Position numbers and translations under genes: made by a program. Under the pieces are notes generated by a model, which was not told the origin of the DNA, did not search any database, and saw only the letters and a program-made list of their open reading frames with translations. A stretch of 64,000 nt of DNA from Pseudovirgaria hyperparasitica (lineage: Eukaryota), in assembly GCA_010093815.1 (NCBI GenBank), contig ML996570.1; one strand, 5' to 3'. Position 1 is the stretch's first letter; each line of letters starts with the position of its first letter. Below are positions 1-13,897 of this stretch, piece by piece.

Positions 1-99
1 GGCCTAGCGTATCACGTAATATAATTAGGTAAGCCCGGGTACTACCTATATTAAAATCTTTTCTTAGAAATATTCCTTTCTTTAAAAAACTTCTTAACT

Positions 100-3000
100 C
101 TTTATAATAATAATAATAATAATATTGTATAACTAGGTAGAGTAGTACTCTACAGGCCTATGCCTCCTCTAGTCTAAGCTACTATATAAGAAGAAACCCA
201 AGAGGGGAAAACTTCCTTATGTCGATAATTACATCTCGTTAAACCTTTGTTTCTTCTTAAGTATACAGCTATAGGGTACACCTATTAGCCTACAGCCTAT
301 ATTACCGTTGTTTTGCCCTTAGGCAGCACGTATAGGTACGGAGGTTATTAGTCAAGGGGTTCTTCCGGCATATATTTCCGGGTCCACTAGAATTAGAGGA
401 GTAGTAGATATATAAGCATCTACCGGGCGACGTCCTTAGGGTACTTATTAAGCCATCGTATGATATCGGAGGTTCTTATCGTATAGATAAGCTTCTACCT
501 TTACGTGTGAAGATCGGGGCATATTACGAGATAGTAGCGTATTATGCCTCTCCGGCCGCACGCCTTATACCATAGAGACACGTTAGGGACGCCTCTCTTA
601 TAGAGGTAGTATAGGAGTCCTATGGCGCCCGTTCGGGCTTAGAGGAGTATAGATGCCTAGGCCTTTATAAGCCCTTTATACATCTATTTACTTAGCTCCT
701 TCTATGGTCCTCGGATCTACTCTAGGTATCTATTCTACTAGGAGGCCCACTGGGCCCGGAGTATCTCTTTCTACTTATCTTAGATCTATAACTATATACT
801 TCGTCTGAGCTCTCGAAGGCTCTATTAGTCTAGGAGGGCGTCTAGGTTATCCCTAATCTCTTATACCACTTAGTTCGAGTCTATTTCTATCGGGCACTTA
901 TACCGTAGTCGAGTCCGGCCTATATATAAGAGTACTTAGTAGTGTACGCTAACCCGCGCGCGTAGCGCGGCGAAGGTATATTCTATATTTTCTACACGTT
1001 CCTATGCTTATTATTTAGTAAAGTATAATACCCTCTATGTCTAATAGAAGTTCTATATACTTATTATATTTGTCTCGCGTCGTAGTAGCGCTATATTAGT
1101 AGCTTTATATACACTAGAGATAAGACGGAGTATGCGGTTTTATACGGATTCGAGCTTCGTTCGCCTAGCCTATATAAGGGCCGTATACTAGTACTCGTGT
1201 CCGTATGTAAAGGCTAGTCGTGCTATAGAGACATATAGTTAGCGTGCCTTATCCCGGGCGGTTCCCTACGTAGAGGCCGTAATCCGGCATATAGTAGCTT
1301 CTACCTAGAGGGCCCTAGAAACGGCGTATACTACCTATGGTCCCTATTTAAGCTTATTATCGATCATGACGCCAAGTGCGTGTATGCTTTATATCGGCGG
1401 TTCGTCGAAGGCGTCTATTCTAGGGCGTCGCTTGCCTTCCCTAGTAGCCCATTTCCTACGGCGGTTAATAAAGTGCATAAGTTAGTACTTTTCGGGGGCG
1501 AACTTTACTCCGTGGCGCTTTGCCCATTGGACGCATCTCCCGTAGTCTTATTCGAGTCGTCTATATATTTAGCTAGTATTATTATCGATAGCTAGAAGGT
1601 ATATATCATCTACGTATCCTACTACCTCTATATATTATATTCCCTAGAGGAGGTCTATAGTAAAGAAGAGGAAGAGGATCGGGGAGATAGTACTTCCTTA
1701 TAGAATGCCGTAAGCCGTCTTCTCGTACTTACTTCGATATCCGGGGATATATATCTAGGTAACTCTTTCGGCGAGGAAGGACTATATAAACCGCGTAATC
1801 CACGCGGGTATACGCCTATTCCGCAGGTTATGGATAAGTCTCGTGTAGTTTACTTTATCGAATACGCCGGCCATATCGAGGGAGAGTAGTGTTACTACAC
1901 GTCCCTACTTCTATACGGTCTAGACGACTTTAAGGATGTATTAGATAGCGGTAATTAGGGAGCTTCTAGCCTTCGCCTTCTAGTTTACTAGAAGGAGGTT
2001 ATATTCCTATACTACGGCGCTTATCTTCTTCGCGATCGTGGCCTCTAGTATCTTCCCGAGATAGGAGAGAAGGGTGATTAGCCTCCATCCTTTCGGGGAG
2101 CTAGGGTTCTTCCCTAGTTTCGGGAGTATAATGGTATAGGCGGCCCGGAAGCTTTAGGGGTGGTATCCGTTCTTAATACATGCTTGAAATATATAACTAA
2201 TAAGCGGTAGGGTAGCTAGTATAGTGCGTTTAAGGCACCTATTTGGTACCCTATCTAGTCCGGGTGCCTTATCATTCGGAAGTACTTTAACGGCGTCGAG
2301 TATGTCCTCCTTGGTAACCTCTTAGGGGATATTAATTACGTCTAGATATTTAGTATCATTAATATCTAATAGGTCTACTAGCTCCGGGAGGGGGAATATA
2401 ACTTCACGTAAGATCTCCGTCTTCTCCGGGCTTATAGAGTATATCCTCTCTTAGTATATTAGGGAAGGCATTAGTAGCGGCGGTATCGGCGCGTCTATAC
2501 CCTTAGCCTACTTTACCATACGCTATAGCCCTACGGCTTACCGTGTGTATTTATCGGTAATCATACGCTATTATTTTCGTCGTTTATTACGGAGGGCCCT
2601 ATTACGATATCGTACTACTTCCTTCTACTTTTCCCACGCCTTAGTCGTCCGGATATAGTATATATATATATATAGTCTACGGGCGTCTCTTCTATACTCT
2701 CATATTTAAGGTATACCCCTCGCTTCTAGGGGTCTATATATTTAGTATAGCACGTGTTTATCTCTCGTGGCTTAGTATACTTAAAGGAGGACTTACACGG
2801 CCTTATCTATGGCTAGGCCGTTGGATACGTCGACTATAGAGGGGTCTAGAATCGCCGATTCTAGGTCCTCTAGGTATTTATCCTAATTAGTATCCTTCTA
2901 TAGCTATTTCCCACGTTATTCGTTAAGAGTAGAGACGTCTATTACGGTTTCCATGTATTCGTAGTCGGAGTCCGTCTATATCCGGCTCGGGCGGTAGTAC

Positions 3001-5510
3001 TATACTCTATGGCTAATGTGCTTAGTGGCGAGGGTGAGGTCGAGCGTAGACCCGTCCTCGTCCTATTTATATTTCCTCTAGGTAATCTACCCCACGGGTG
3101 TAAGAAGATATAGGAAGTCATGGTACCGTGTGTGTAGTTCCCTTACTCTAAGTTCTTCTCTCGCGACGGCTAGGCCTCCCTACTACCTGTAGTAGAGATT
3201 AAAGTCGCCTAGGAGGATGTGTTATCCCGGCGTCGTGGTGCCCTCGAGTATATTATCTAGCGTAAGCGATCGCTATTAATTATAGATGTTATAGATATAG
3301 AGAGGCCCTATACTTATCTAGAGATATAGTGTTATCCGGAGGTTATTACGTTCGGTATAAGACCATTCTAAGAGCGGGATCGACTTATATATATAAAATA
3401 TAACTCTCCTATCCGGGCCCGTGGGGTGGATGGTATAGTATCCTAGGTGTGTTATTGGCTTGTTGGTTTGGTAGTGTTTATATAGTTCCTAGATGGCTAT
3501 TATTACGGCTCCTGTCTCTTCTAGGAGCGTCGCTTAGTTTTCTCGTTTATATTATACGTTCGCCTATATGATAATAAGTATATCTTATACCCTTATTAGG
3601 TGCTAGGGAAAGTTCGAGTCTATATATTAGTGGCGCTAAGGTATAATTATCCTCGCGCGGTGGCGGCTTTAAGTATGCCCCGGGGTCGGCCTATCTTTCT
3701 CTATATAGTATACTATTACGCGTTATCCTCTCCCCTTCGGGGGGTGGTTACCGGATTCATAAGTAAAGTTAGGGATAGTAGCGAGGGCGGCGAGGGCCTC
3801 ACGGCTTGGTATATCTACCTCGCCCCTCTTATCTTCATCGCGTTAATATATTCTACGACCTACTTACGTTTCGTGCACGTTACCGACTAGGATAGGTGTT
3901 TCCCGTCGTAGTTAGAGCACTTGGCGGTATCCCTATCTCGCGTCTCGTCGCTCTGCGTCTTGTGAGGGCATTCCTTAGTATTATCTTAACTCTTTATAGA
4001 GTTTTTTAGATTATTAGGTATATTACCCGATTCTTATAGATATAGATTTATATAGATTTACTATAATTTAGTACGATTTACGTAATTTACTAATTTTTAT
4101 ACCGTCCTTAGCTAGTAATAGTATAATTCGTAATAATCCGTATAAATTAGTAATAATTATAATATAGTTTCCCGAAATCTTAACGCTCTAAAGTAATTAG
4201 CGCGGAAGTAGGCGCCTTTAAATAATCTCTATCTTATATATATTACTAATATATCGAAAGCTATTAATCTACCCTAACCTAGGCCGGGCTCTAATAATCT
4301 AGCTATATATTATTATAGTTATTACTTTCTGTCGTATATTACTTATAGTAGTACTAAATCTATAATATATAGTACTTATATAACTAAGAAGTATTATTAC
4401 TTATAGATATTTAAGTAAGTTCGAAGAACTTTATATAGATTTACTTATATTAGTATAGATTACTACTAGGCCTCTAGTAACCCCTACTAATAAGGAGCGT
4501 GGTACTACTAATCGTAACGCCTTAGAGAAGGCTTTCTACGAGCTATATATCTAAGGTAAGAGTTACGCCTAGAAGTATAATTCTAATAAGATCTATAAGG
4601 ATTTATTAGAATCTACTATAGCTATTATTACTATAATTACTAGGTAATATCGTTTTCTTAAATCGTTATAGATTCTTACTAATATATATTAATCTCTATA
4701 ATAGTACTAAAATCTCTACTACTTCGGACTTCTTTCTATATACCGGCGATATTAAAATTCCTAGAAAAGGTTCTAGTAAAAAGGCTAAGGTTCCTTTCTT
4801 ACGCGTACTAAAGAGCTATAAATTTAGAGAAGATAGCTCTAATCTAGAAGTTTCTATACTAAAGGTATATAGTTCTATACCGATTATTAAATCTTTTCGC
4901 TAATTTATATAATTCTTAGCGTACCTACGCCGGTCCGTCTCTCTCTATCCCGGGTCCCGCCGCTCCGTAGGTTTCTATAGAGGAGTTTATAGCTATAAGA
5001 CGCGCTATATAGAATTTATAGCGTCGGAATAAAAGGCTAGAGACTTATATTATAAAGCTCTATACTATACTAAATAAGAACTAGTAGAAGGAATTAGATA
5101 TAACTATCGCGGTAATTAGTACTTCTACTCCTACTCTAACTTAATTAGTTTAGATCTATACTAATTAGTACTAATATATCTCTTTTATCTAGCGTTTTTA
5201 GTTTTTTAGTTTTAATTTTAAAGTAATCTTACTTCTTCTAGATAGATTAATATAAGTTTATATAGATCTATATAGATCTTTATATTCTCTTTTAGCTTTC
5301 TTAATTTTATCTTTCTTTAATAATAACTTCTTTAATCTCTTTAGTAATCTATACTAATCTATACTAATCGGTACCAATTTTCGATGTCCATTTCTCTTAG
5401 TAAATTATTTTTCTAAGTCTCTTTTTTAGTTAAATTTTTTAAAGTTCTAAGTTTAAACTTTCTAAGGAAGTTTCTTAATTCCTTAGAATATTTTAAAGAT
5501 CTATATTTCT
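100..5510 (-). mobile_element. RIP-inactivated non-LTR retrotransposon (Tad1/CgT1-like LINE): gag-like ORF1 plus APE endonuclease/RT ORF2
   Basis: Minus-strand translation gives CCHC knuckle AKCSN(Y)DGKH..S*SVTC (~3870-3925), APE motifs HILLGDFNL (~3195-3220), STLDLTLA (~3030-3050) and DSD(Y) (~2960), and RT motifs KAPGLDRVPN (~2245-2270), LPKLGKNPSSPKGWRLITLLSYLGKILE (~2045-2130), GIL*GSTISP (~1680-1710) and QWAKRHGVKFAPEKY*LMHF (~1470-1530). Many TAA/TAG stops and TpA excess. Ends are approximate. Confidence 0.9.
103..123. repeat. (TAA)n trinucleotide run at the presumed 3' end of the LINE, possibly its tail
   Basis: TATAATAATAATAATAATAAT lies just downstream of ORF2 in minus orientation. 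Confidence 0.45.
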
Positions 5511-5511
5511 T

Positions 5512-8500
5512 TTACCTTCTTTCTTTTAGATAGCCGTCCTTAGCGCTAAACTATACTAAAAAATATTAAATCGCCGTACTTTAGTATAATTCTCTATAAT
5601 TCTACGGCTTCCTTTACTAGTCGCTACTTATATACTAATATTACTACTTTACTAATATTTATTATAGGTTTCTAAGTATCTTTATTAGAATTATATTCTT
5701 TCTAATAAATTTTATATAGCTACGTACTATCTTCGGCACGTTACTAGCTAAGTATCTACTTAACTTTATAGATATCTATACCTTCTTACGTAACTACTTT
5801 ATATAGTATCTATTTAGAATAATCTAGTAATAATAAGGTATAAAATAGCTCGAGAAGCGTAATATAGAATATATTATATATCTTTAACATAGAAGGGAGT
5901 TATAACTCATACACCTAGTTATTAATTATACGAATAATCTTATATAGATCTATTATTATATAGTTAAGCTTCTTCTTTAGCCTAATACTATAAATATTCT
6001 TACTATTTAGTAAAACTTTATCCCTAATATTAAAGATCATGGGTTTTCTACCCTTATTATAGTGTAATTTACTATAATTTATAGTATCTTATAGTAACTT
6101 TATAACACTTCTTTACGTTTAGAATAGTTCTATAGTAATTTCTATTACTTTAACATTAGGTTATTCTACTTTAAACTAAGTCCCTAAGAACTATATATTA
6201 TAGTTCTAACTAAAGTTTACTTTAAATGGACTTACGTAGGTTAATATATATCGGCTATTATTATACGCGAATTCCGCGATATAGACTAACCTTACCTAGT
6301 TATTCTACTTATAGTTATAATATACGCGTAAATACGCCTTAACTATCTAATTCTACTACTCTATCTATCTATCTATTTATAGATAGAACGTAGTACTAAG
6401 TTTCTACTTAATTCCTAGTATATAGTAGAAATCCTTCTAAAATTTAGACGTTATCTACGGGCCTCTATCTAAACCTATACCGTTTAGTATACTATGGAGC
6501 CGAACTACGTCACGAAGTAGTATATCTATAAGATCCGGTGCTTAGATCGTCTTCCTTATAGAGATATAGTATAATATCTTTATAAATCTATCTAAAACTA
6601 TAAGTAAACTATTATAAATGTACCTAGAATACTTACTTAGGGGTAGATCTATAATAAAATCCATTAATAATTCCTTCTATACCTCCTTTAGTATAGGTAA
6701 TAGCCTTAATTTACTATATAGTAAGTATCTATATACTTTTATATACTAGTAAACGTTATACGTTTTTACGTAGTCTTTTATATATTTATAAAGACCCGGC
6801 TAGTCGTACGTCCTTCGGATTAAATCGACTATTCTTATAACGCTAAAGTACCCTACTAACGCGTAATTATACTATTCTCTTAAAATATCGATTTATAAGC
6901 CGCCTTCTAGCACGTAGAGTCGGCCTTAGAAGTAGATCGCGTCTAATTATTATTTCTACCTTAATAACTATAGCGGATCTATAGCGCTTTCTTTTATACT
7001 TATAACTTTCTTTACTAATATATTAGAATTCTAGGTAGATTTAGTTAAGTCTTTAAGGGTTTTCTTAGTTTCTTAGATATTTATTTAGATTACTTAATAC
7101 CCGCTCTAATTTCTACGAAGAATCGCCGAAAGTATCCTAGCTTCTAGTATTCTATTAGATAACTAGTCTTATAGTATCTAAAGTATAGTATAGTCTAACT
7201 TATACCGACTATCTACGTCATTCTATAACAATTTCTTATAATCTTTACACCGCAATAGAGGATTAGCTTTATTCTCTCTTCTAGCTTTATATAAGATTTT
7301 AAAGTTAAATATTAATATCTACTTAGCCTAACGTACTTATTAGCAATTAAGAACCTTAGTCAATATAAAGTAACATAGATTTATATAATCCGATAATAAT
7401 TTAATCTAATATATAGAGCCTTCTAAATAATATTACTATTACTTAAAACTCTTAATAATTATAAGTAGTTTCTAGTTATACATGTTATAACGTATCTCTA
7501 TATCCGCTATTTTATAGAAAAAGAAGGCGACCGGGTACTATTATACCTTATCTTTCGTATCTTTATATAGTTAACTAATAATTCTAGTAATTATAAATTC
7601 TAACGCGTTAGTTTTAACCTAAATATACTTCTTAGGATTAAAATACCTAAGAATTAGCGTAGTTATAAAGTAATTCTTTAATAATCGGAACGTATCTCGC
7701 GCTTCCGGTATTAACTATATCTTAACCGACTTAGCTTTACGCTATACTCGCCTATCTATAGAGATTTTACCGCTATTCTCTATAAGTTTATTAAGCGGCG
7801 CCGTAATTCGTAAGAAGTCTATAATAAATTTACGATAATAGTTTACGAAACCTATGAATATTCTAATTTAACGTATAGTAGTAGGTTCTAGCCATTCTAT
7901 AATGGTCTTTACACGCTCCGGCTCTATTTTTAGGCCGCCATATATTATAATAAAGCCGAGAAACCTAACTTCTTATTAGTGAAACTCGTATTTAGATAAT
8001 TTTACGTAGAGTTTATACTACCTTAAATAATTTAGTACCGATTTCACGTGTCCTTTATAATCCTACATGCTATTAGAGTAAATTAGTATATTATCGAGAT
8101 AAACTACGTAAATCACGTTAAGTAATCCTACGAGTATAGTATTAATGTATCCTTAAAACGCTCCTAGCGTATTTATTAGCCCGAATGGTATAATAGTATA
8201 CTTAAAATAACTATATCTAGTCCGAAATGTAGTTTTCCACTTATCTCCGCGACGAATTCGAAGCTAGTAATATATATCTTATAAATCTAGCTTCGTAAAG
8301 TACTTTACCTTCATTAATTAGTCTAAAGATTTACTAACTAGCGGTAATGGGTAACGATTCTTCTTAGTCACTATATTTAGTATCTAATAGTCGATATATA
8401 GACGTAAACTTCTATCTTTCTTCTTTATAAAGAGAATAGATACACCGGCCGATAACGTACTACGACGTATCCAGCCTCTTTTAAGGTATTCTTTAATATA

Positions 8501-10834
8501 TTTACGAAGAACTTCAAGTTCTAGTCTTAAAAGTAGGTAAAGTAGACTATAAGGGACGTCTACTCTCTCTTCGAGCTTGATCTTTAGCTTATACGGCCCG
8601 TAATTAGGGAGAAGTAATGTATCTCCTACCGAAAATACATCTATATACTATGAATATACGTCGGGTAGCGTGTCTTCGCCCTAATTATTACTATTATCCT
8701 TATCTTTATCGACGATTAATAAGGACGTAAGATAGATTAGTAACGATCGGGTCCGTACGGCGAGGTTCTATACCTCCTTACTAATAGTTATAACTTACTA
8801 GTATAATTTACTACGGTATCGTCGGAACGTTAATATCTCCTTCTAAAAATTAAGAATATAGTTTAGGTATCTAAGCTAAGGCATCCCTAGAATCATATTC
8901 TATTAGCTAATATTAGCTACGATAAATTTATTAGATATCTACTATTTTATTATCTTCGAGTCATGAACTTCGTAATTCGTTATAGCTTTATCTAAAGTTC
9001 TAACTTCATATCTGTTAACTACGATAGTTCGACTAACTTTACCGAGATCATACGATAATCTATACTCCTTTACGAGAATCGACGAAATATAGTTATCTTC
9101 TATACTAGTGTCTACGAGGGCCTATATAGTTTTATTACCATTTACTATAGATAATAATACTTTTAGTAATATTAGGTCTTTACTCGCCGGAAGGCGCTAC
9201 GGCTTCTCCTAAGTATATATAATTTAGCTAAGAACACGGTTAGATCTCGTGTACTAGCCTATTCTTTTTTTAGATTCTTATAGTTAGGCGAAATATATCC
9301 TATTTCTCTATACTTATAGTAACGAAGTGCGCTATAATCCTACTATTTTACGATAGGCGTTATATTTAAGCCTATACCTTATTCTTTTCCGTGTTAAGAA
9401 GCACCGCCTCGATTATTTTAGTATCCTCTTAACGCGTTTCTACCCCGATTTATACTCTTCTAGCGCTAATCGCGGTAAGGTTACTCTTAATCGAACGTAT
9501 TCGATCGACCTCGTTTCTAACCCGTATAGGGTTCGTCGGTTTTACCTAGAGAGCCGCGTTCCTTAAGGATATAGTAGTATTTATTAGCTTTCTCCTCTAA
9601 TTCGTATAGATAGTTAAAACTTAATAATACTATTCCTAGTCTTTCGTGGATTAACAGAAGTAGTACTTCGCGAAACTAGAATATACAAATATTTTCCTAT
9701 AGCATAGGGATATTATCCTATAGGTTTTAGAGGTATTATAGTAGTTAAGTAGGTGTCTAGTTCGGTCGTTATACCACGCTTCTTAACTTAGATAGTGCCT
9801 TTCTTTCACGTTCTCTATCCGTTCCGAGGGTGTTTAGTATAAATATAGCTAAATATTCCTAGGTTATCGTAGATAGTGGCTACACTTCCTTCTATCTATT
9901 CTATTAATCGCGGGATTATAAGCCTAGGTATCGTTCTCCGAACGAAATGTGTTATACTTTAGTAGAAAAGAGTAGAGGGTTATTAAGGAAGTACTTTTCG
10001 TAGTCTCTCTTCTAGTCTTTCTACTCCTTTTAGTTCTTCCCTATAAATATAGTTGGGTCTTTAGATTTTAGTATACCTAGGGAAGAAGTAGAGTAAATCG
10101 GTAACGAAGCGGCTGGGTATACGGTAGATTATCGTAACTCTAATAGTAGGTGAACTAATTCCGCCTGAATTAGTATAGGAAGTCGTTCACCTACTATCGT
10201 TTGGCGTAGTTCTTTAAGAGACTTCTTAAGTTCTCGTCTCTTTACGAGGAGTTTCGCGCGTTCTATCTATTCTTTAAGGGTTTAAATCTCTCGAGTCTAA
10301 TTCGCGACGTATTCCTAAAGTTTAGCGATAGTTTATTATAATACCTCGCGTGGCTCCGCCACGACTCGTTATCCGGCTTTATATTATTAGAAGTTACTTA
10401 GTATATCTACTATTTCTTCGTCTAAAAGCTCCGTGATTTAGTCTAATATTTCTACTTCTTAGTTAGAAACGGCTAGGATTAATACTAATTATAGAGGATC
10501 CCTATTATTTAATATAGTATTACTTATCCCTATAGTAGATCGTGTTAACCTTCTCGGTTCTAGTTAGACTATCTTAACTATAGTACTATATAGGGAGTAA
10601 TTCGAATATAAGAATAGGGTTATTAGATAGTAGTATAGTTAGATAGAATAATAGGGTATATTCTATTATAGAACGAATTACTACCGAACCCTTTTGGTAG
10701 GAATCCGAGAGTATATATATAAAGAGACGCCGATCTATCTAGCACGTGACTATTTACCGCCCTTTACGTTACCTCCTAACCCTGTTAGCTAAGGTACGTG
10801 TAGGTCGGGTCCTACCTAAGGCTAAGTCCTAATA
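5512..10834 (-). mobile_element. RIP-inactivated Ty3/Gypsy chromovirus (gag-PR-RT-RNaseH-IN-chromodomain) with 5' LTR
   Basis: Minus-strand remnants: gag CCHC R(Y)YK(Y)REIG(Y)ISPN(Y) (~9280-9325), protease ALVDTS (~9105-9120), RT DKWKTTFRTRYSYFKYTIIPFGLINT (~8165-8245) and VVYLDNILI (~8080-8107), chromodomain DIYKVK*IL...*KEYNSNKDT*KP (~5665-5775), and a purine-rich PPT-like tract at ~5515-5528. Confidence 0.92.
10579..10834 (-). repeat. Putative 5' LTR of the Gypsy element (~255 bp)
   Basis: Minus strand begins TATTAGGAC (RIP form of TGTTAGG/TGTCAGG) and ends ...GTACTATA (RIP form of ...ACA). It contains a TATATATA tract and lies just upstream of gag. No partner LTR was found to confirm the boundaries. 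Confidence 0.45.
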
Positions 10835-10839
10835 GAGAA

Positions 10840-11870
10840 AGCTAGAGTCTACTTGGCTTCCTTAAGATAAGGGACGGAGTACGCTATTAAAAAGGGGCTT
10901 ACTTAGCTTTATTAAGTAAGGAGAGAGTAGTAGTATAGACATAGTACGCTAGCGTTAAGTATATCTAGGGTCTACCCTTAATAAGTAGATATTCTTCTAT
11001 AACTCTATTATAGCTAATAAGCTATTAGAGATCTTTATCTTTAGTATTTATACTAGCTATTCTAACTATAGATCTTTAATACTAACTTTAGTATAGAATC
11101 TAATTATTATATAAGCTACTAATTAGCCTATTTAAATATAGAAGAATCGCGCTATATATAATAGTACTCTTACTCTAGTTATTATACGCCGTAGTACCCT
11201 TAAGGCTAAGACTCTCTTATTATAGCGGGCTTTATATTTAAAGGCCTTTATTATCTACTCTTATAGTTAGTAATATCTTCTTTAGAATTAGTTATTATAT
11301 ATATACTAATATTAAATCTAGGGTTTAAGAATACTATACTATATAATAGGTATATTTATATCTATAATAGTATAAATAAATTTAAGATATATATAGGCTA
11401 TATTAGTCTATATAGCTACTTTAATAATATCTACTCTAACTATATATATACTAAAGTAATTACCCGCTATAATAAGAATTATAAGATTAAGAATATAAAG
11501 AATCTCTTATATAATAAGTTTATATACTATTTCTCTAATAGTCTACTATAGCTCTATCTATCTTTAGTTAGTAAGTATATAGTAGATAGCCTTAGTAGCT
11601 CTCCTAGTATAAAATATATTATATAATCTTAGAAAAAAACTAGTTAATATAGATTTCTAGGGAGATAGGTATTATATAATATATAAAGGTTATATTATAA
11701 ATATATAGTAGTAGAAATTAAAGAAATCTATACTTAAATCCTATAGAAATCTTAAGCTAATAACTTTATCTAATTAATACTATTAGGTCTAGAAGGGACT
11801 TCTATAGAAAATAGCTATAGAGACTTCTAACTTCTAACTTTAACTTCTGACTTTTAAGTTTTAGAAGTGT
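10840..11870. mobile_element. Unclassified, heavily RIP-mutated repeat remnant, possibly a DNA transposon end
   Basis: Extremely AT/TpA-rich with no ORF. Ends in ~6 tandem degenerate (G/A)ACTTCT units at 11822-11865, followed immediately by normal-GC sequence. Confidence 0.45.
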
Positions 11871-12135
11871 GGCCCGCTAACACATACCGTCCACAATATG
11901 ATACTCGCGTATCGACCCGTACTGCAAGATCAGCCGAAGAGGGCTCGTGCTTTTGCGGATTTCGACCGTTCCGGTATTGTCGGAGCGATTGCCATTGTGT
12001 CCGCCCGACAAATCGTCACTCTCACAGCTTCACCTTTAGGCTGCAAAACTGCGCCAGGGTCTGGTGCCATGCGCCAGCCAGCATTTATACCTCGTCTTCG
12101 AATCTCATAACTGCCAGCGCTTCGGTAAACGTCTT

Positions 12136-13897
12136 ATGGCCAACAACTTAATGATACCGCCAAATCTGGCGGTCGCGACTCCGCAACCATCTTTGACGCC
12201 GCGAGACCTCCCGTTGAATTTGATTGCGCTCATCATACAACATGTGCGTCTGCAGCATAATTGTATAGATCTGATATGTACTTACGATGTTGCACTAGAT
12301 GGACGACCTAGGCGATATAGCACGGCTTACCTGTACATGTCGCCTTCTATATTACATGGCTCTTCCGAAGCTTTGGGAACGCGTTACGCTTCGGTCATAT
12401 ACAGAGGTTAGATATATGGATGGGGTACCAGAAGGCTTCGGAAGTGGCTCGCCGTTTGCTATGGGTATCAACTCGCTGGTCACAGGCAATGTAGCTGCGT
12501 ACGTCAAGAGCTTTGCTTTGACCGGAGAATGGACAGAGCTGAACATGGACGAATATACGAAAGGCAGAGTTCCAGACAACGCTATGATGTTGAACATCTC
12601 GCTTCGAGCAGCATTGGACAAGATGCCGGAATTAGAGACTTTCAAGTAGGCACTAGCACAAATCGTTACTCGGCATTACTGATATAGACGCAGGTGGGAG
12701 TTGAATCCTAAACTTTCGCTCAACGTGTATCAAGGCCTAGCCCAAAGACCGAAGCTGAGCTCCCTTACACTGCGTTTCCCTTCTACTCGAATGGCGAGAC
12801 CAACTACTACGATCCCACCGATGCCTCAGCTCCGTAAATTCGTCGCCTACGAATTAGACCCTCTCTCCTACCCCGATGATATATCTATCCTCATAGCCCA
12901 ATCGAAGAAGTTACAGGACTTGACATTGCATTGGAATCCAAGAATTCGAAGAGATGCCGAACAGAGCGTGAATGTTGGCTCATATTTTGGACCTCTTGTA
13001 GCTTCACAACGAAAGCTTCCTCTAAAACGTCTTGGGTTCCACAATTTCTTTGCAGCTGCTACAGGCCCTGAATTTCACGAAATTGTGGATTTCCTTTTCT
13101 TAGAATGCATCAATATCCTTAACGTGAAGAGCACTAGAGACCACAGCACAGTTTTTACCGACGATACTTGGCGCAAGAAATCAATGAAAGGCACTCCATC
13201 GAATCTGAAATCATACCGGGGAGATGTACTAGACAAGCCGCATGCCCTTATGCTTGCAAAATGCTATAAGATGGAAGAGCTGATTTTCGTCAACACATCC
13301 AGATACTACGGGACGGACGGTACATCATCGTCCAATGGCACTCCTTCGACACCTAATTCGGCGGACCCTGAAACTCCTAGATTACTCCGTCCCTCACCTT
13401 TCGAGCTCGTGCATGTAGCGTCGGACTATTTAGCCGCTATCCATACGGCTCATACACATTCCCTGAAGCGGCTGTTACTCTCAGATCAGTGGCTTCTAGA
13501 ACCGACTGTCGTTCGAAAGCTTGTCAAGGCGTGCCCGAACCTTGAGCAGCTAGGTGTAGCTTTGGCGGATAATAGCCCTGAATCGGCCCGTATTTTCATT
13601 CCTGATGCTCCTAAAGTCTGGGCCTATCGAGCGCTAATAAAACCGAATTCAGAGCTGCAAGAGAAGATGCACGGCATGGATCCTCAAGACCTGGAGATTC
13701 TGGTAAGCTACGAATTCTGGAGACCGGAGTACCGCAACCTGAAATTCCTCGGTATGGGATGCACGCCGTATAAGTTAGGATCTGTGGGCAAACATCCGAA
13801 CGGATCTGGAAAATTTCTTCGACATTGCGAGTCACTGACTTGGGCTCAAGTGTCACATATTGAAATATGGGGAATGGACAACACCGGCTTCTTATGA
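12136..13897 (+). CDS. F-box-like protein with LRR-like C-terminus (3 exons)
   Basis: Spliced N-terminus ...DLPLNLIALIIQH|MDDLGDIARLTCTCRLLYYMALPKLW has the F-box pattern. Introns at ~12244-12298 and ~12646-12693. The 398-aa last ORF has LxxLxL repeats. Confidence 0.75.

Noticed and set aside
1..60. Possible displaced 3' LTR of the Gypsy element (GGGTACTACCTA resembles GGGTCCTACCTA at ~10807)
   Set aside because: The similarity is only ~12 nt and does not extend by eye.
1380..3890. Plus-strand ORFs 1380-1595 and 3600-3890
   Set aside because: Chance antisense frames inside the RIP'd LINE, whose coding motifs are on the minus strand.
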